From Lingula anatina (lineage: Eukaryota > Animalia > Brachiopoda): a stretch of 64,000 bases of DNA. This document shows positions 12,593 through 24,616 of the stretch, in pieces. The notes under the pieces were generated by a model, which searched no databases, was not told the origin of the DNA, and saw only the letters and a list, made by a program, of their open reading frames with translations. The stretch is from positions 13,578,001 through 13,642,000 of the forward strand of contig CM120649.1 in assembly GCA_051362555.1 (NCBI GenBank), given 5' to 3'. The translations under genes and the position numbers were made by a program. Position 1 is the stretch's first letter. Every line of letters starts with the position of its first letter.

Positions 12593-13894
12593 TAAGTTAA
12601 AATTTTCATAAATTCAATTATTTCTTTTTATAGAAATAATGAACCTACAAATAATATTAATAGACAAATATTTAATTGAAAATGAAATATTAAATCTGAA
12701 AACAAAAAAATCAAAAGAAAATAAAAAATAATACTTTACTTAATTCTTTCTGCAATGTACACATACACATCTTGTAAGCTTCCAGTGGCATGGTATCAGC
12801 CAGCCGTATGTTAACTAGTCATTTAAAACCCTTTGATACGCTGGAAATAAGCAGTCTCTTTCACTGATGCATTCAAGTTGCCAACTAGAGCGCATATTGA
12901 TAAAAACTTGGTACATCGTTTTCCATGGCTTGTGCGAGATGGCATATTGAGGCACGAATGTATTTCTAGGAAAGCACATTTGTAAAAAATAAAGGAAGGG
13001 ACATTCCAGCTCATGTTCCCGGACCTGGCGCTGAAGACGCTTTTTAAGACGGGTGGGGTATTTTTCATAATGCGAACGCTGAGAAGCACTTTAAATCTAC
13101 ATTATACGTTCAGCTCTGCATGGGTGTACGGCAGGGCCAGATCCATTGATTTTTTACGATGTAGAGGGGTGGTTTGATATAACACACGTCTGACTTAGAT
13201 GATCACAAAAAACTACAGGAAATACTAAAAAACGTTATCTGGATAGAGCAAAACAATAGAACGCAATCATTAATGGGTAAAGTTAAATGGTGTAACAAAA
13301 GCGATGCATTATATAGGGCAAAGAGCAAATAATTTATTCCTAACACCGTCATCGTAAGCTTTATACTAATTGTTTTGAAATATATCAGCACTATAGTGAA
13401 AGTTGTGATGTAAATTAACTAACCATTCCCAACTACTAAGATTATCCGGGATATATATAGTATGTAATGTACGTGCTTGTGACCTTTCCTGGAGTTGAAT
13501 ATATTAAATGAATCAGAATGCTACTCTTTCCTTATCTTGTAAATACATTTCTACATGCATGTATGAGCTAGTAAATAATGGTTTATGACACCCATGGTTT
13601 ATGTTTGTTTCATTATATTTACGTGTACTTTTCAATATTAAAACAGGGTATATATTCTTAAGGAAATCAATTAGAATATGCCAGACAGGTGCCCGACCCC
13701 CCCCCCCCCCCCCCCCCAACAGCAGCCCGTTGAGGATACACGAATATCGTTTTTGTTTTGGGATGCCTATCTAACGCAAACATGGGGAAAATGGCACATT
13801 ATACATTATTTTTGGAAATAACGTAGTGTTCATACCACCGTCTGTTTTTCATTTGATGAATCAGTGATGTTGTTATTAAGATATGGTGGTAGAT

Positions 13895-13896
<2 letters not shown>

Positions 13897-13965
<69 letters not shown>
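13897..13965 (+). repeat. (AT)n microsatellite in promoter of copy 2
   Basis: About 34 AT units about 100 nt upstream of the ATG at 14068. Confidence 0.9.
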
Positions 13966-13966
<1 letters not shown>

Positions 13967-14067
13967 TATGATACAATATCTATCGATTTACCATCGGGGC
14001 TCGTTCACCGTTGCACTCAGCTGGCTTGCCATTTTTAACGCAGCAAATTACAAGTTTCCAAAGAATC

Positions 14068-14986
14068 ATGGTGAGACAAATCTATCAAAACTAGCCGATA
14101 TCTTTGACCAAGTGCTAATGTAGATGTAAAATGGATATCAGGTCGTATATATTTATGTTACTTTTTGGTTAAAAAGAATTGTATATAATGAATTTGACTG
14201 CAACTGCTTTTGTGTGTTTCTAAGAATAATGTTAATAGTAATAATCGTGATGAATAGCGCACGATGTGGAATCGGTTGATTACATTCTACGTTTTATCTT
14301 ACTTAACATAGGTGAAGAAAATAACTGGCGTGTTTGCACATTTTGTCACATTGTGCTTGGTTACTTTGTTAATAGAAGACACCACAGCAGTATGCTGCCG
14401 CGGGCAATATGGTTATTGTCAGGACTGCAGCAAGGTTAGACTTTTTTGCAACCTGTCCGTAACCTTAAGCAATTTTTTATATTTTTAATTTAAGGCTATT
14501 TAATTTTGCCGTTAATATGAATTTTTAAATTGAACGAAAAAAAGGACGAAAATACCAACAATCCCCATTTACTTCAGACGTGGACATTCTGTGGCAAAAC
14601 GTATTGCAATATCTTTGGTTGTGAATGTGAGGGCGGGTGCAGGGAGAGCTGTAACCCCAATTTTACGTAAGTTCCATCAGCTTGTTTCACAAAAATGGTG
14701 ATGATTATAACACTAAGCTATGTTAAATAAGATAGAATACCAACAAAGAAATCGTTATCAAAACTAAACTGAATTTTTTTCATTACAACACACTTTATTA
14801 TTAATCTGTGATTTTGTTTGGTTCTAAAACGCTATCTGATTATGTTTATTGTGTTTGTGTATATCTATTTCTGCCAAATACTTTAGATGCTGAGATGCAT
14901 TTATTTACAGATTTATACATGGCGGCTGCATCTGTAATAATGGAAGAAGGGATCTGAAAGACTCTGATTCTGGAACTGTGGCTTAA
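14068..14986 (+). CDS. Diedel-like secreted 12-Cys peptide precursor, copy 2 (96 aa)
   Basis: ATG 14068-14070|gtgaga, then exons 14312-14434, 14578-14666, 14911-14986. MVKKITGVFAHFVTLCLVTLLIEDTTA/VCCRGQYGYCQDCSKTWTFCGKTYCNIFGCECEGGCRESCNPNFTFIHGGCICNN-GRR-DLKDSDSGTVA*. Confidence 0.85.
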
Positions 14987-17900
14987 GACATAAGGCGGAT
15001 AGCTACGGACAGGTGAGGTATTTACTACGATGTAGAATTTATCATTGTCAACCCACGTCCAGTTTTGCATGGGTGTGTCATAGAAATGTTAGCATTGTAG
15101 AAATGGTTCTGATATGACCACTTTTTGTACTGATATGTAGTAACACGGCCCCGATGATAAGCAGATGAATTGTTTAAAATTTAAGTCCTATATATACACC
15201 CTTAGCCCCCCCCGTTCCATGCGATTTGTATTTGGAATGTTTAAGACTTTTTCAAATAATAGTTTACGTACCGATAACTATACTAATGCCATGTCCATCG
15301 GGCTATATATTAATGGTCGTAGAATTATGTATACATGTAATCATATTACAGTAGGTTCGTTTTTACTGTTGTGTAACACTGAAAGCTGGTGCAATTGACC
15401 GTCATGTACTACATATTTTGTTTTCATTTCAGTGATGGGTATGAAGATGTTTTCAAAAGCCATTTAGGAACCTTCCACTGATGTCACTGATGAGAATTTA
15501 AATGGCAAAATCAATCTCGTGGAGATCTATCCTGATATGAAATAGAAAACATATAATTGGAGAGTATGCAATGTTAATTTATTTCCCATCCTTTTTGTTT
15601 TGTTATTTCTTATTATTTTTACTTCGATTTACTCTATGAGCGGCATATTGTTCAACAAATAAAGATAAGCCAAAGTTATGGGTGTGTCATCACTAATACC
15701 AAACGTCATGCTTAAGCACGTTTATTAATACATTTATATTGAACATTCAATACACACTATCACCGTTGCTGCTAAAACACACTTTCCCCAAAGGGAAACA
15801 ATTGACTGACACCAATGCAACATAAATACCTCAAGCACGAAGAGAACGACCTGCAGCACCTATTTAATTAATATTTTTCTTGTTTCATCTGTTCTTTTGT
15901 AAAACAATTCGTAGACGGTCATCACTTGGGTAGACTTCATCTGAGAAGACCACATGGTACCAAATGCACGGTGATTAGGTTTCTGTTCTTTGTAGCCCAG
16001 CGCTACCTGTTTATTCACTGGTTTCGTGTTAACGTAGGGTTCTTGGCCATCCTTCTTGCCAAGTAAAAGTAATCATACACCTTTATATCCAAAGCAGATA
16101 CCGCATCCTTTAAACGGACGTTGGATGTGATGTATGGCAAGATAATTTTATGTATATCGTTACTGCAATGTCTATTTTACCTAATTTTGTATTGCCATTT
16201 TGCGTGGGTACCGTCTGTCTAATCAAACAGCACGTAACTACCTGCGTTTTTAGATAATGGCAAATTGTACAAACAAAGGAGATACATTTAATGCAGTTGT
16301 CATTCTGTCTGTTGCAAACTTATATCAAAAGCAAACATATTTTCTAAACATCAATCATCACAATGAATGTAGATCCCAACCCAGATCCAGAAAAGCAGTT
16401 GTGTTTTTTAAGGACAAACGTTTTATCTGTATCATATCTATAGCTAATGACGATGTTTTTGGAATCCTACTGTGACGTTTGAAACGTTCATGCCAATTAT
16501 AATATGGCCACTGATACACATTTATGTGTGACAGCTCTATGCGGTAACTGACGAACACGAAACAGAAGGGTTGAGGCCAAATGAAACTTAAAACGACACT
16601 ACACGTCCACGGCTTTCCTCCTTCACACTGTATCTGCTAACGGAAATTTGCTGAAAAAATTACTAATTTGTCTCACAGATAAAGAAATCAACCCCGCCAC
16701 GTCATCACATGAGTCAGCAATAGAGTGACTTGTTTTTTTTTCTTCTCACAGAAAATATTTTGCAATGGTCTGAGTGATTAGAAGTTGGTGTCAGTGATTT
16801 TGCTTCATTAAATCTTTTGATGTGTTGGGATCACAGGCTAATTGTGGTCAGGTCGATGTCGTGACACTATTCACGTATTTAAAGAGTAAGTATTTCATAT
16901 CATTATATTTTGTCAGTGACATATCAAATGCGCATGGACATGTTAACAAGTGTTATATGAATAGTATACGTAGTCTCACTTCCAAAAATACCTAGCTTTA
17001 TTTCAAAAACCATCATAATCATTAAGCACTACGAATGATACAAATTTCTTAAAAAATCGCCATATGCATGCTGGCAACCTAAATGGATGGCGTATATCTA
17101 CTCATCAAGGCAAAGAAGAAAAAATGTTGTTCTTTCACGAAATAGTAGACATACAGGCAGGTTAAAAAGTCCCAATGCCTCTTGAACTCGCCAGACCCTA
17201 AATAAATGCTTTTATCAACAACCACTAAACCCAAATATTAGCAGTACATTTAATTGGTCGTGAATTTCACCTACCAGCCAAAACTTGCAGTTGTGAATGA
17301 TTGTTCGTCAACTTGATTTCCAGGACTTTCTTTACATCCCACAATAGACGACAATTTTATTTTTGCATCAAATACATGTATACTTTGAATTCAATATTCG
17401 ATACACACATCATAAATTTATAATTACCACAAAATAAATAGCTTTACAATAATGGTTCACAAATACATCGCGTATATAGTGACATGCAGCTGTCCATGGA
17501 GTGTAATTGCGTTACATTTTTTATTATCCATGTATATAGATGTTTCTCTGGCCAATTATATACACATTCCAGTATTCAAATAACTTTTTAAACAAACGGC
17601 AATATAACCCAGTTGTCTCTGGTATAGGAAGGAGGAGTCTCTAAAATCAGTAATTGAGCCCCTAGTACCCTACAAAATTCGTTTAAAAGGTCCCATCTTT
17701 GTTTAGACTAATATTTGACTGTTCCATTAAAATGACTGTTAAGATGTCACATTTTGTAACAACATGCTTGTTGTATCATTTGTGAAGAGATGACTGATCG
17801 AACTGTAGCAACGAAGCTTTTAAAAGGCAGAAGGTATTTCCTGAACACTTAAATTCTGATAAGCATCAGTGGCGCAAACGGTGACACGTCGCTGACAGCA

Positions 17901-18039
17901 AATGTTTGTAATTCATTTTTTGATAAAGCAGCACGCAACTGCCTGCATTTTCTGGTAAAAAAAGGCGTTGCATGATAGAATAAAAAGCAAATAATATTTC
18001 CTAACACTGTAATCGTCATTACGCTATATACTAATTGTT

Positions 18040-18043
<4 letters not shown>

Positions 18044-18119
<76 letters not shown>
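18044..18119 (+). repeat. (AT)n microsatellite
   Basis: About 38 AT units. Confidence 0.9.
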
Positions 18120-18121
<2 letters not shown>

Positions 18122-18229
18122 ACACTATAGAGACAGTTGTGTTGTGAATGAAATTACCAGTCACAACTACTAAATTATTAATATTATAACACATTATTTA
18201 TGGAAGTAACGTTTGATTCATACCACCGT

Positions 18230-18418
18230 CACCCTGAGCTTCAGAGATAACTTGACACTAACCTCTTCACAATAGCCTATCTTCATCGTGTCAAGTTACC
18301 TCTGACCACATTCGATTGCCCCCGCCGCCCGTTAATCAAATTTAAAGCGATGAAGATAGGCTATAGTGAAGAGGTTAGTGTCAAGTTATCTCTGAAGTTA
18401 TCTCTGAAGCTCAGGGTG
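18230..18418. mobile_element. 189-bp MITE with 8-bp TSD (hAT- or P-like) upstream of copy 3
   Basis: TIR CACCCTGAGCTTCAGAG ... CTCTGAAGCTCAGGGTG with TSD ACCACCGT (18222-18229 and 18419-18426). It is a deletion derivative of the 25493-26160 element. Confidence 0.92.
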
Positions 18419-18449
18419 ACCACCGTCTGTTTCTCCTTTGATGCATCAG

Positions 18450-18571
18450 TGATGTCATCAAAATACAATAGTAGTTCCATACATACACTTGCCATCGGGA
18501 TCAGTTCACCGTTGTATTCAGCTGGCGTGCCCTATTTAACTGAGCAAAGTACAAGTTTGCAAGGAATAATG
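18450..18571 (+). promoter_or_regulatory. Conserved proximal promoter and first exon (copy 3; homologous in copies 2, 4, 7, 8, 9, 11)
   Basis: CRE/ATF-like TGATGTCA at 18450 (also 24508, 49235, 53416). Initiator-like TCAGTT at 18501 (also 53490). The exon ends in ATG|gtgaga. Confidence 0.5.
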
Positions 18572-19491
18572 GTGAGACAAAATTATCAAAACTTACCAAT
18601 AACTTTGACCAAGGAAGTTTTAATGTAGAGGTACAATGGATTTCAGAACGTATATACTTATGTTTTTTTTGGTTAAAAGGAAGTTAACTGCAGCTGCTTT
18701 TGTCTGTTTCCACGAGTAACCTTAATAGTAATAATCGTGATAAATAGCACACGGTGTGGAGTTGGTTGAGCTGATTACAATCTGCGTTTTATTTTATTTC
18801 TTGCCAAAGGTGAAGAAAATGAATGCCGTGTTTGCAATCTTTGTTCCTACAGTCTGCTTGGTTATTTTGTTAATAGAAGACACCCAGGCAGTATGCTGCT
18901 ACAGGACTTATGGTTATTGTCTGGACTGCAGCCAGGTAAGGTTTATTTGTAACTAGTCCGTAATCTTCAGCATTTTTTCATTTTTTATGAAGAGATCAAA
19001 TGTTGCCGTTAATATGTATCGTAAAGCAAACGAAAAAAGAGGGAGAAAATACCATATGTGTTCCATTTACTTCAGACTTGGTCTTATTGTGGCAAAGGGG
19101 GTTGCAATATCTTTGGCTGTGCATGTAATGGCGGGTGCAAGGAGACCTGTAACCCGATTTATTCGTAAGTTCCATTAGCTCCTTTCCCAAAACCTGGTTA
19201 CGATTATTAAACTAAACTTTGTTAAATAAGTTATAATACGAACATCGCAAATGTTCTCAAATCTTTATTTGGAATTTTAATAACAACACACTTCATTTTT
19301 CTGTGGTCGTGTGTGGTTCTAAAGCGTCATTCTGATTTAGGTTTATTGTGTAGGTGTAAATATATTTCCGCCACCAGTGAGAAATACTTCATATGACGAG
19401 ATACATTTTTGTCAGGTTTTCAGGTCACGGCTGCACATGTAATGATAGAAGGAGGGAACTCAAAGGCCCTGATTCCGGAACTGCCGCTTAA
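18569..19491 (+). CDS. Diedel-like secreted 12-Cys peptide precursor, copy 3 (97 aa)
   Basis: ATG 18569-18571, then exons 18810-18935, 19076-19164, 19416-19491. MVKKMNAVFAIFVPTVCLVILLIEDTQA/VCCYRTYGYCLDCSQTWSYCGKGGCNIFGCACNGGCKETCNPIYSFSGHGCTCND-RRR-ELKGPDSGTAA*. Confidence 0.88.
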
Positions 19492-22400
19492 GACATGAGA
19501 GACATAGCTACGGACAGGTGAGGTATTTACTAAGATGCAGAATTTGAAGTCATTATCTACTACGTCCAGGTTTGCATGGGTATGTCCGAGAAACGTTAGC
19601 AGTGAAGAACATGGTTTTGATATGAACACTTTTTACTGATATATGTATTAACAATTCCCCAACATAAAGCAACTGGATTCTTTAAAATTGAAATTCGGTA
19701 TGCAAAACCTTAGCCCAAGTTTTTTTCTATAATCATGTTTTACATTGTGATAACCATACCTTTTGTGAAGCCAGAGCCATCGGTTAATGAATTATTGGTC
19801 GTAGTGTTATGTAAAACCATGTTAGGTGCGTTTTGCACTATTGTCCAGTATTGAAAGGTAGAGCAATGCCCGCCGTGCACAATATTAATCTTTTCCTTTC
19901 AGTGATGGGTTTCAAGAATTTCTTAAAAGCCACTTAGGGGCCTTCCACTGATGTCACTGATGAGCATTTAGATGGCAAGATCAATGTCATAGAGTTCTAT
20001 CCTGATATGAAATAGAAAACATGAATGGAGAGTGTGCAACGTTGAATCATTTCCTTTTCTTTTCCTTTTCTTATATCTTATTTTTTCCGCTTTGAGTTAT
20101 TCTATGGGATATATATCGTTCAAGAAATAAAGATATGAAAGCTATTGGTGTGTAGTCATTAAAACCAAAGGTCACGCTTCGGCACTTTTATTTTCAAATT
20201 TATACTGAACACTTAAAGCATTTTTTGGGGAGAGGAATGTTCAATAACGTTGCTCAAAACGATGGGTTTTGTTATAAATGTGAACATTTTTCATTGCATA
20301 GTGATATCATTGCAGGTGCAAAATGTTTAACCAGTAGGCGTTCTCCATATTCTTCAGAATCAAAAGTATTATAAATCTCCATGGGAATTAAGTTTCAATC
20401 GATTTCAAAATTCCACACTTCTTTATTGAGACTAGAGTACAATTGTCATATATATTACAAGTGTGACCCCCTATGTTCACTACAAAGACGCACTAGGGGG
20501 CGGGGCATGCTGTTCACTAATGTTTCCATCCTTATTCTATGATTAAACTTATTCTATTTCATTGAATTCATCTATCTTGTCTCTAAGACCACCGTTAGTT
20601 GGTCCTGGCTTGGCGTCAGCTGTAGTTTGGCGGAAGTCAGATCTAACCAAACAATCAATCAGCCCGAACAATCAACTTCTTTTCAAGGCAAAACACCTCG
20701 TTTATAGTCAAGGAAGCAAAATGCATTAGCATACCTCTCACACCCTTAACTTTACTCTGAAGCTGCCATCCCTTGACCTCGGTAATACCAAATGGTCGTT
20801 GGTGGGCGTGGGGAAGACAGAATCCAAAACATGAGCATAAAAATGGCTTTAAAACATAAAGTATTATCGAAAATATGTTCGACTGCGTGGCAACCATTTC
20901 TAGCACAGCGTTCATTGCCAGTCTTTGTAGAACACTCACATTACAACTCAGCAAAAACGGAAAAGACAGTCATACAATCATATCGAATACAGATACCGTA
21001 TCGTTTAAACGAATTTTGGATGAGATGTATGGCAAGATAATTTTACGTATATCGTCACGGTAATGTATGTTTTATCGCAGTCTTTGTATTGTAGTGTTGG
21101 GTACCATCTGTCTCATCAAGCAGCACGTAACTACCTGCTTTTTAGATAATGGCAAATTGTACAAACAAAGGAGATACATTTATTGCCGTTGAAAGTCTGT
21201 CTGTTGCAAACGCACATCAAAAGCAAACACTTTTTCCAAACATCGACAATCTCAGTGAATGTACCTAGACCCAGAAAAGCATTTCTGCTTTTTTAAGAAC
21301 AGAGAATTTTATATATATCATTATTAACTTATCTATGGTTTATGACAATGCTTTTTGGAATCCTTTTGCGACTTTTGAAAAGTTCATTCCAATTATAATA
21401 TAGCCACTAAATACCCATTTATGCGTGACAGCTATATGCGGTAGCTGACGGACACGACACACAGAATGTGTTGCACAGATAAAGAAAACAACCCCGCCAC
21501 GTCATTTAAGATAGTCAACACATAAGTCAGCAATACACAGGGTGCCTACAACACAGAGTGACTTGTTCTTTCTTCTCAAAGAAAATATTTTACAATGTTC
21601 TTCACAGTGATTAGAAGTGGGTGTCAGTGATATTGCTTCATTAAATCTTTTGATGTGTTGGGATCACAGGCTAATTGTGGTCAGCTCGATAACGTGTCAT
21701 TATTAAGTTTGGCCAAACAAAGACTTATGCCCATACATATATGATAGCTTACATTTTATTAGGCCAATCTTTTGTTATAAAAACGGTTGATAACGTTTCA
21801 ACATCGAGATAAATGCATTTTAACGAGGGTCAAGAAAGACCCATGGAACCTGTCTCTGGAGGGTTGAAATATCCTACAGTGCAGTTCGCCTTGACTAAAT
21901 AACACCCCGAAGGCTTGAAATGGTGCCGTAGAAAAAATATACACCTGGGCTAATGAATATATGAATCATTATAGATCTATATTTTCTATCATCATATTTC
22001 ATCAGTAACATATCAAATGCACATGGACATACACGTTTATATGAATGGTAGTCTCATTTCCAAAAATACCTAGCTGTATTCCCAAGACCATCATCATCAT
22101 CATTATCATTAAGCACAACGCGTGATACAAATTTCTTAAAAAATCGACAAAACGTATGCTGGCAACGTAAATGAATGACGTATTTTTTTACATATCAACG
22201 CAAAGTACAGGAAAACCTGTTTCAAAAATGATGCTTTTTCGTAAAATAGCAGACAGGAGAAAAATAAAACGAACGCCTCTTGAATTCGCCTGGCGCTATA
22301 GATAAATGCTTTTATCAACAGCCACTAAAATCAAATATCAAAACTTTTAACTGGTCTTGAATTTCAACCACCGGCCAAAACTAACAGTTGTAAATGATTG

Positions 22401-24616
22401 TTTGGCAAAATATCGTCACCTTGATTTGCAGGAAGGTCTTGACATCCCACAATAGACGACGGTTTTATTTGGACATCAAATACATTCATGCTTTAAATTC
22501 AATATTCGATACACACATCATATATTTATGATTTCTGCAGAATAAATGACAGCTGTCCATGGCGTGTAAGTGTGTTACATTTTTCATCATCCATGTATAT
22601 AGATACTTCTCTTGCCAATTATGTGCACATTTCTGTATTAAAGTAACTTTTTAAACAACCGGCAACATAACCCAGTTGTCCCTGGTATAGGAAGAAGGAG
22701 TCAGACAAATCGGTGATTGGGTCCCTAGTGCCCTATAAAAACGTTTGAAAGGTTCCATCTAGGTTTAGACTAGTGTTTGACTGTTCCATTAAAATGACTT
22801 TTAAGATTTTCCCATTTTGTAACAACATGCTTGTGGTACCATTTGTGAAGAGACGACTGCTTGAACTGTAGCAACGAAGCTTTTTAAAAGCAACAGGCAT
22901 TTCCTAAGGACTTAAATTCGGATAATCATCAGTGTTGCAAACGGTGACACGTCTCTGATAGCAAATGTTTGTAATTCATTTTTTGTTAAATCAGCACGCA
23001 ACTACCTGCATTAACGGGTAAAGTTAAATAATGTAACAAAGGCGATGCACAATAGAATAAAAAGCAAATGATTTATTCCTAAATCAACTTTGACATGACA
23101 CGCGTCATCGTCATTAAGCTATATACTTTGTATCTTATCTGTTATTAATATATATCGGCAATATAGTGATAGTTGTGTTGTAAATGAACTAACCATTCAC
23201 AACTTCTAAGATCATCCGGGGTATAGTATGCAATGCACGTGCTTGTCACCTAGCTTTCCTAGAGTTAGATATATAAAATGGAAATAGATATAAGCCGCAG
23301 GACAGATTCGTTAGCAGAACGCAAGTTGTTCTGTTATTCATAAGTAGACATCTGTTATTTTCAACATAGTAATTTTAATCTCGGATGCCCACCTTTATTG
23401 TTATAATCAAAGTCAATCAAAATAGTAAAATTCCATGCTTAGCCAGACGGTAACGCTCAAAATTGGCTTGTCGTGTAGCCTACACAACAGGTACATGATG
23501 AGTGAACCTCCTTAATCGACGTTTTCACTTAGACAGTCTAAAATTTAAAAAAAATCATGCAAAGAAAGATTTTCAGTCTTACAGCGTCGATGCAAGTGGT
23601 CTACATGTTGTCAGGAACGACAGTATAGAAAAAGTGTAGTTAGTACTTTTAAAACTTTTATACATGGTGTAGTATTAATTCAATCAGAGGAAGCCATTGT
23701 TTCATAAAATCCGTAGATGGGAAGCCATGTTGTATAGTATCCTCAGGTAATACTTCACACCTTGCAGTTCAAATTTTAATGTCTTGGTTACAGGGAGTTA
23801 TTAACGGTGACCACCAGGAAGGAGTGGACTTGTGTATGAAGTAACCAATCATTTTTTAAGTTATGTGATGGACAGTTTTTAAACTGTTAAAACTGATAAA
23901 GTTTAGCATAAAATCCTATAAACTTAAATCTAAGGAATATGTAGAGAGAGGAGGAGAAAGAGGTCATACTTATATCATGTAACTGTTAGTGTAGCAAAAT
24001 ATATTCTGTTGAAGTTACAACATGGAGTCGTTTCATTCTTTTCCGTGTGCTTGATTTAAGACAAGGAACCTGGGAATCTCTGTTGCAGTATTACAGATAG
24101 CGTTAAACAAAGTTGTAAGCCCATTGTACCCAAACCCCTGGGGTTATCTTATAAAAGGGTTATTTAATGTAATGTGGGGGCCCAGGATAGTCTAAAAGGG
24201 GATCCCCACAAAGTGTAGTCAGGCAACAACAGATAAGATACAAAGGTATACAAAAGTATACATGCGCATGCGAAACTGTGTGACATGGGTTTAAAATATG
24301 GATTTTGTTTTAGTCAAGAATTCTTCGTAATTAGGTTTGACAAATAAATTAAGCACTATTTAATCAGCAATATACATTACATATCATTATAAAATGCATT
24401 ATTGACTTAACGCTTATTTCATCGTTGTTTTCAAAATATTACAATTCATTATTTTGGGAATTAACGTAGTGTTCATACCACCTTCTGTTTCTCCTTCGAT
24501 ATACCAGTGATGTCATAAAATATGAATGTAGTTCCATATATATATATATATGCCATCAGGTTCATTTCACCGGCTTGTCATATTTTACTCAGCAAATTAC
24601 AAGTTTTCGAGGAATT

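Noticed and set aside
15429-15490. Inverted repeat TCAGTGA...TCACTGA with TGATG and CTGA motifs suggesting a SECIS element or C/D-box snoRNA in each unit
   Set aside because: The 5' arm overlaps the splice acceptor, SECIS core-to-AA spacing does not fit, there is no in-frame TGA at a Cys position, and box C is imperfect in most copies. The decayed EF-hand exon explains the sequence better.
21640-21670. LLMCWD resembling a galactose-3-O-sulfotransferase motif in the spacer block
   Set aside because: It appears only in copies carrying a small deletion, and the other diagnostic motifs (FLKTHKT, TILRxP) were not found
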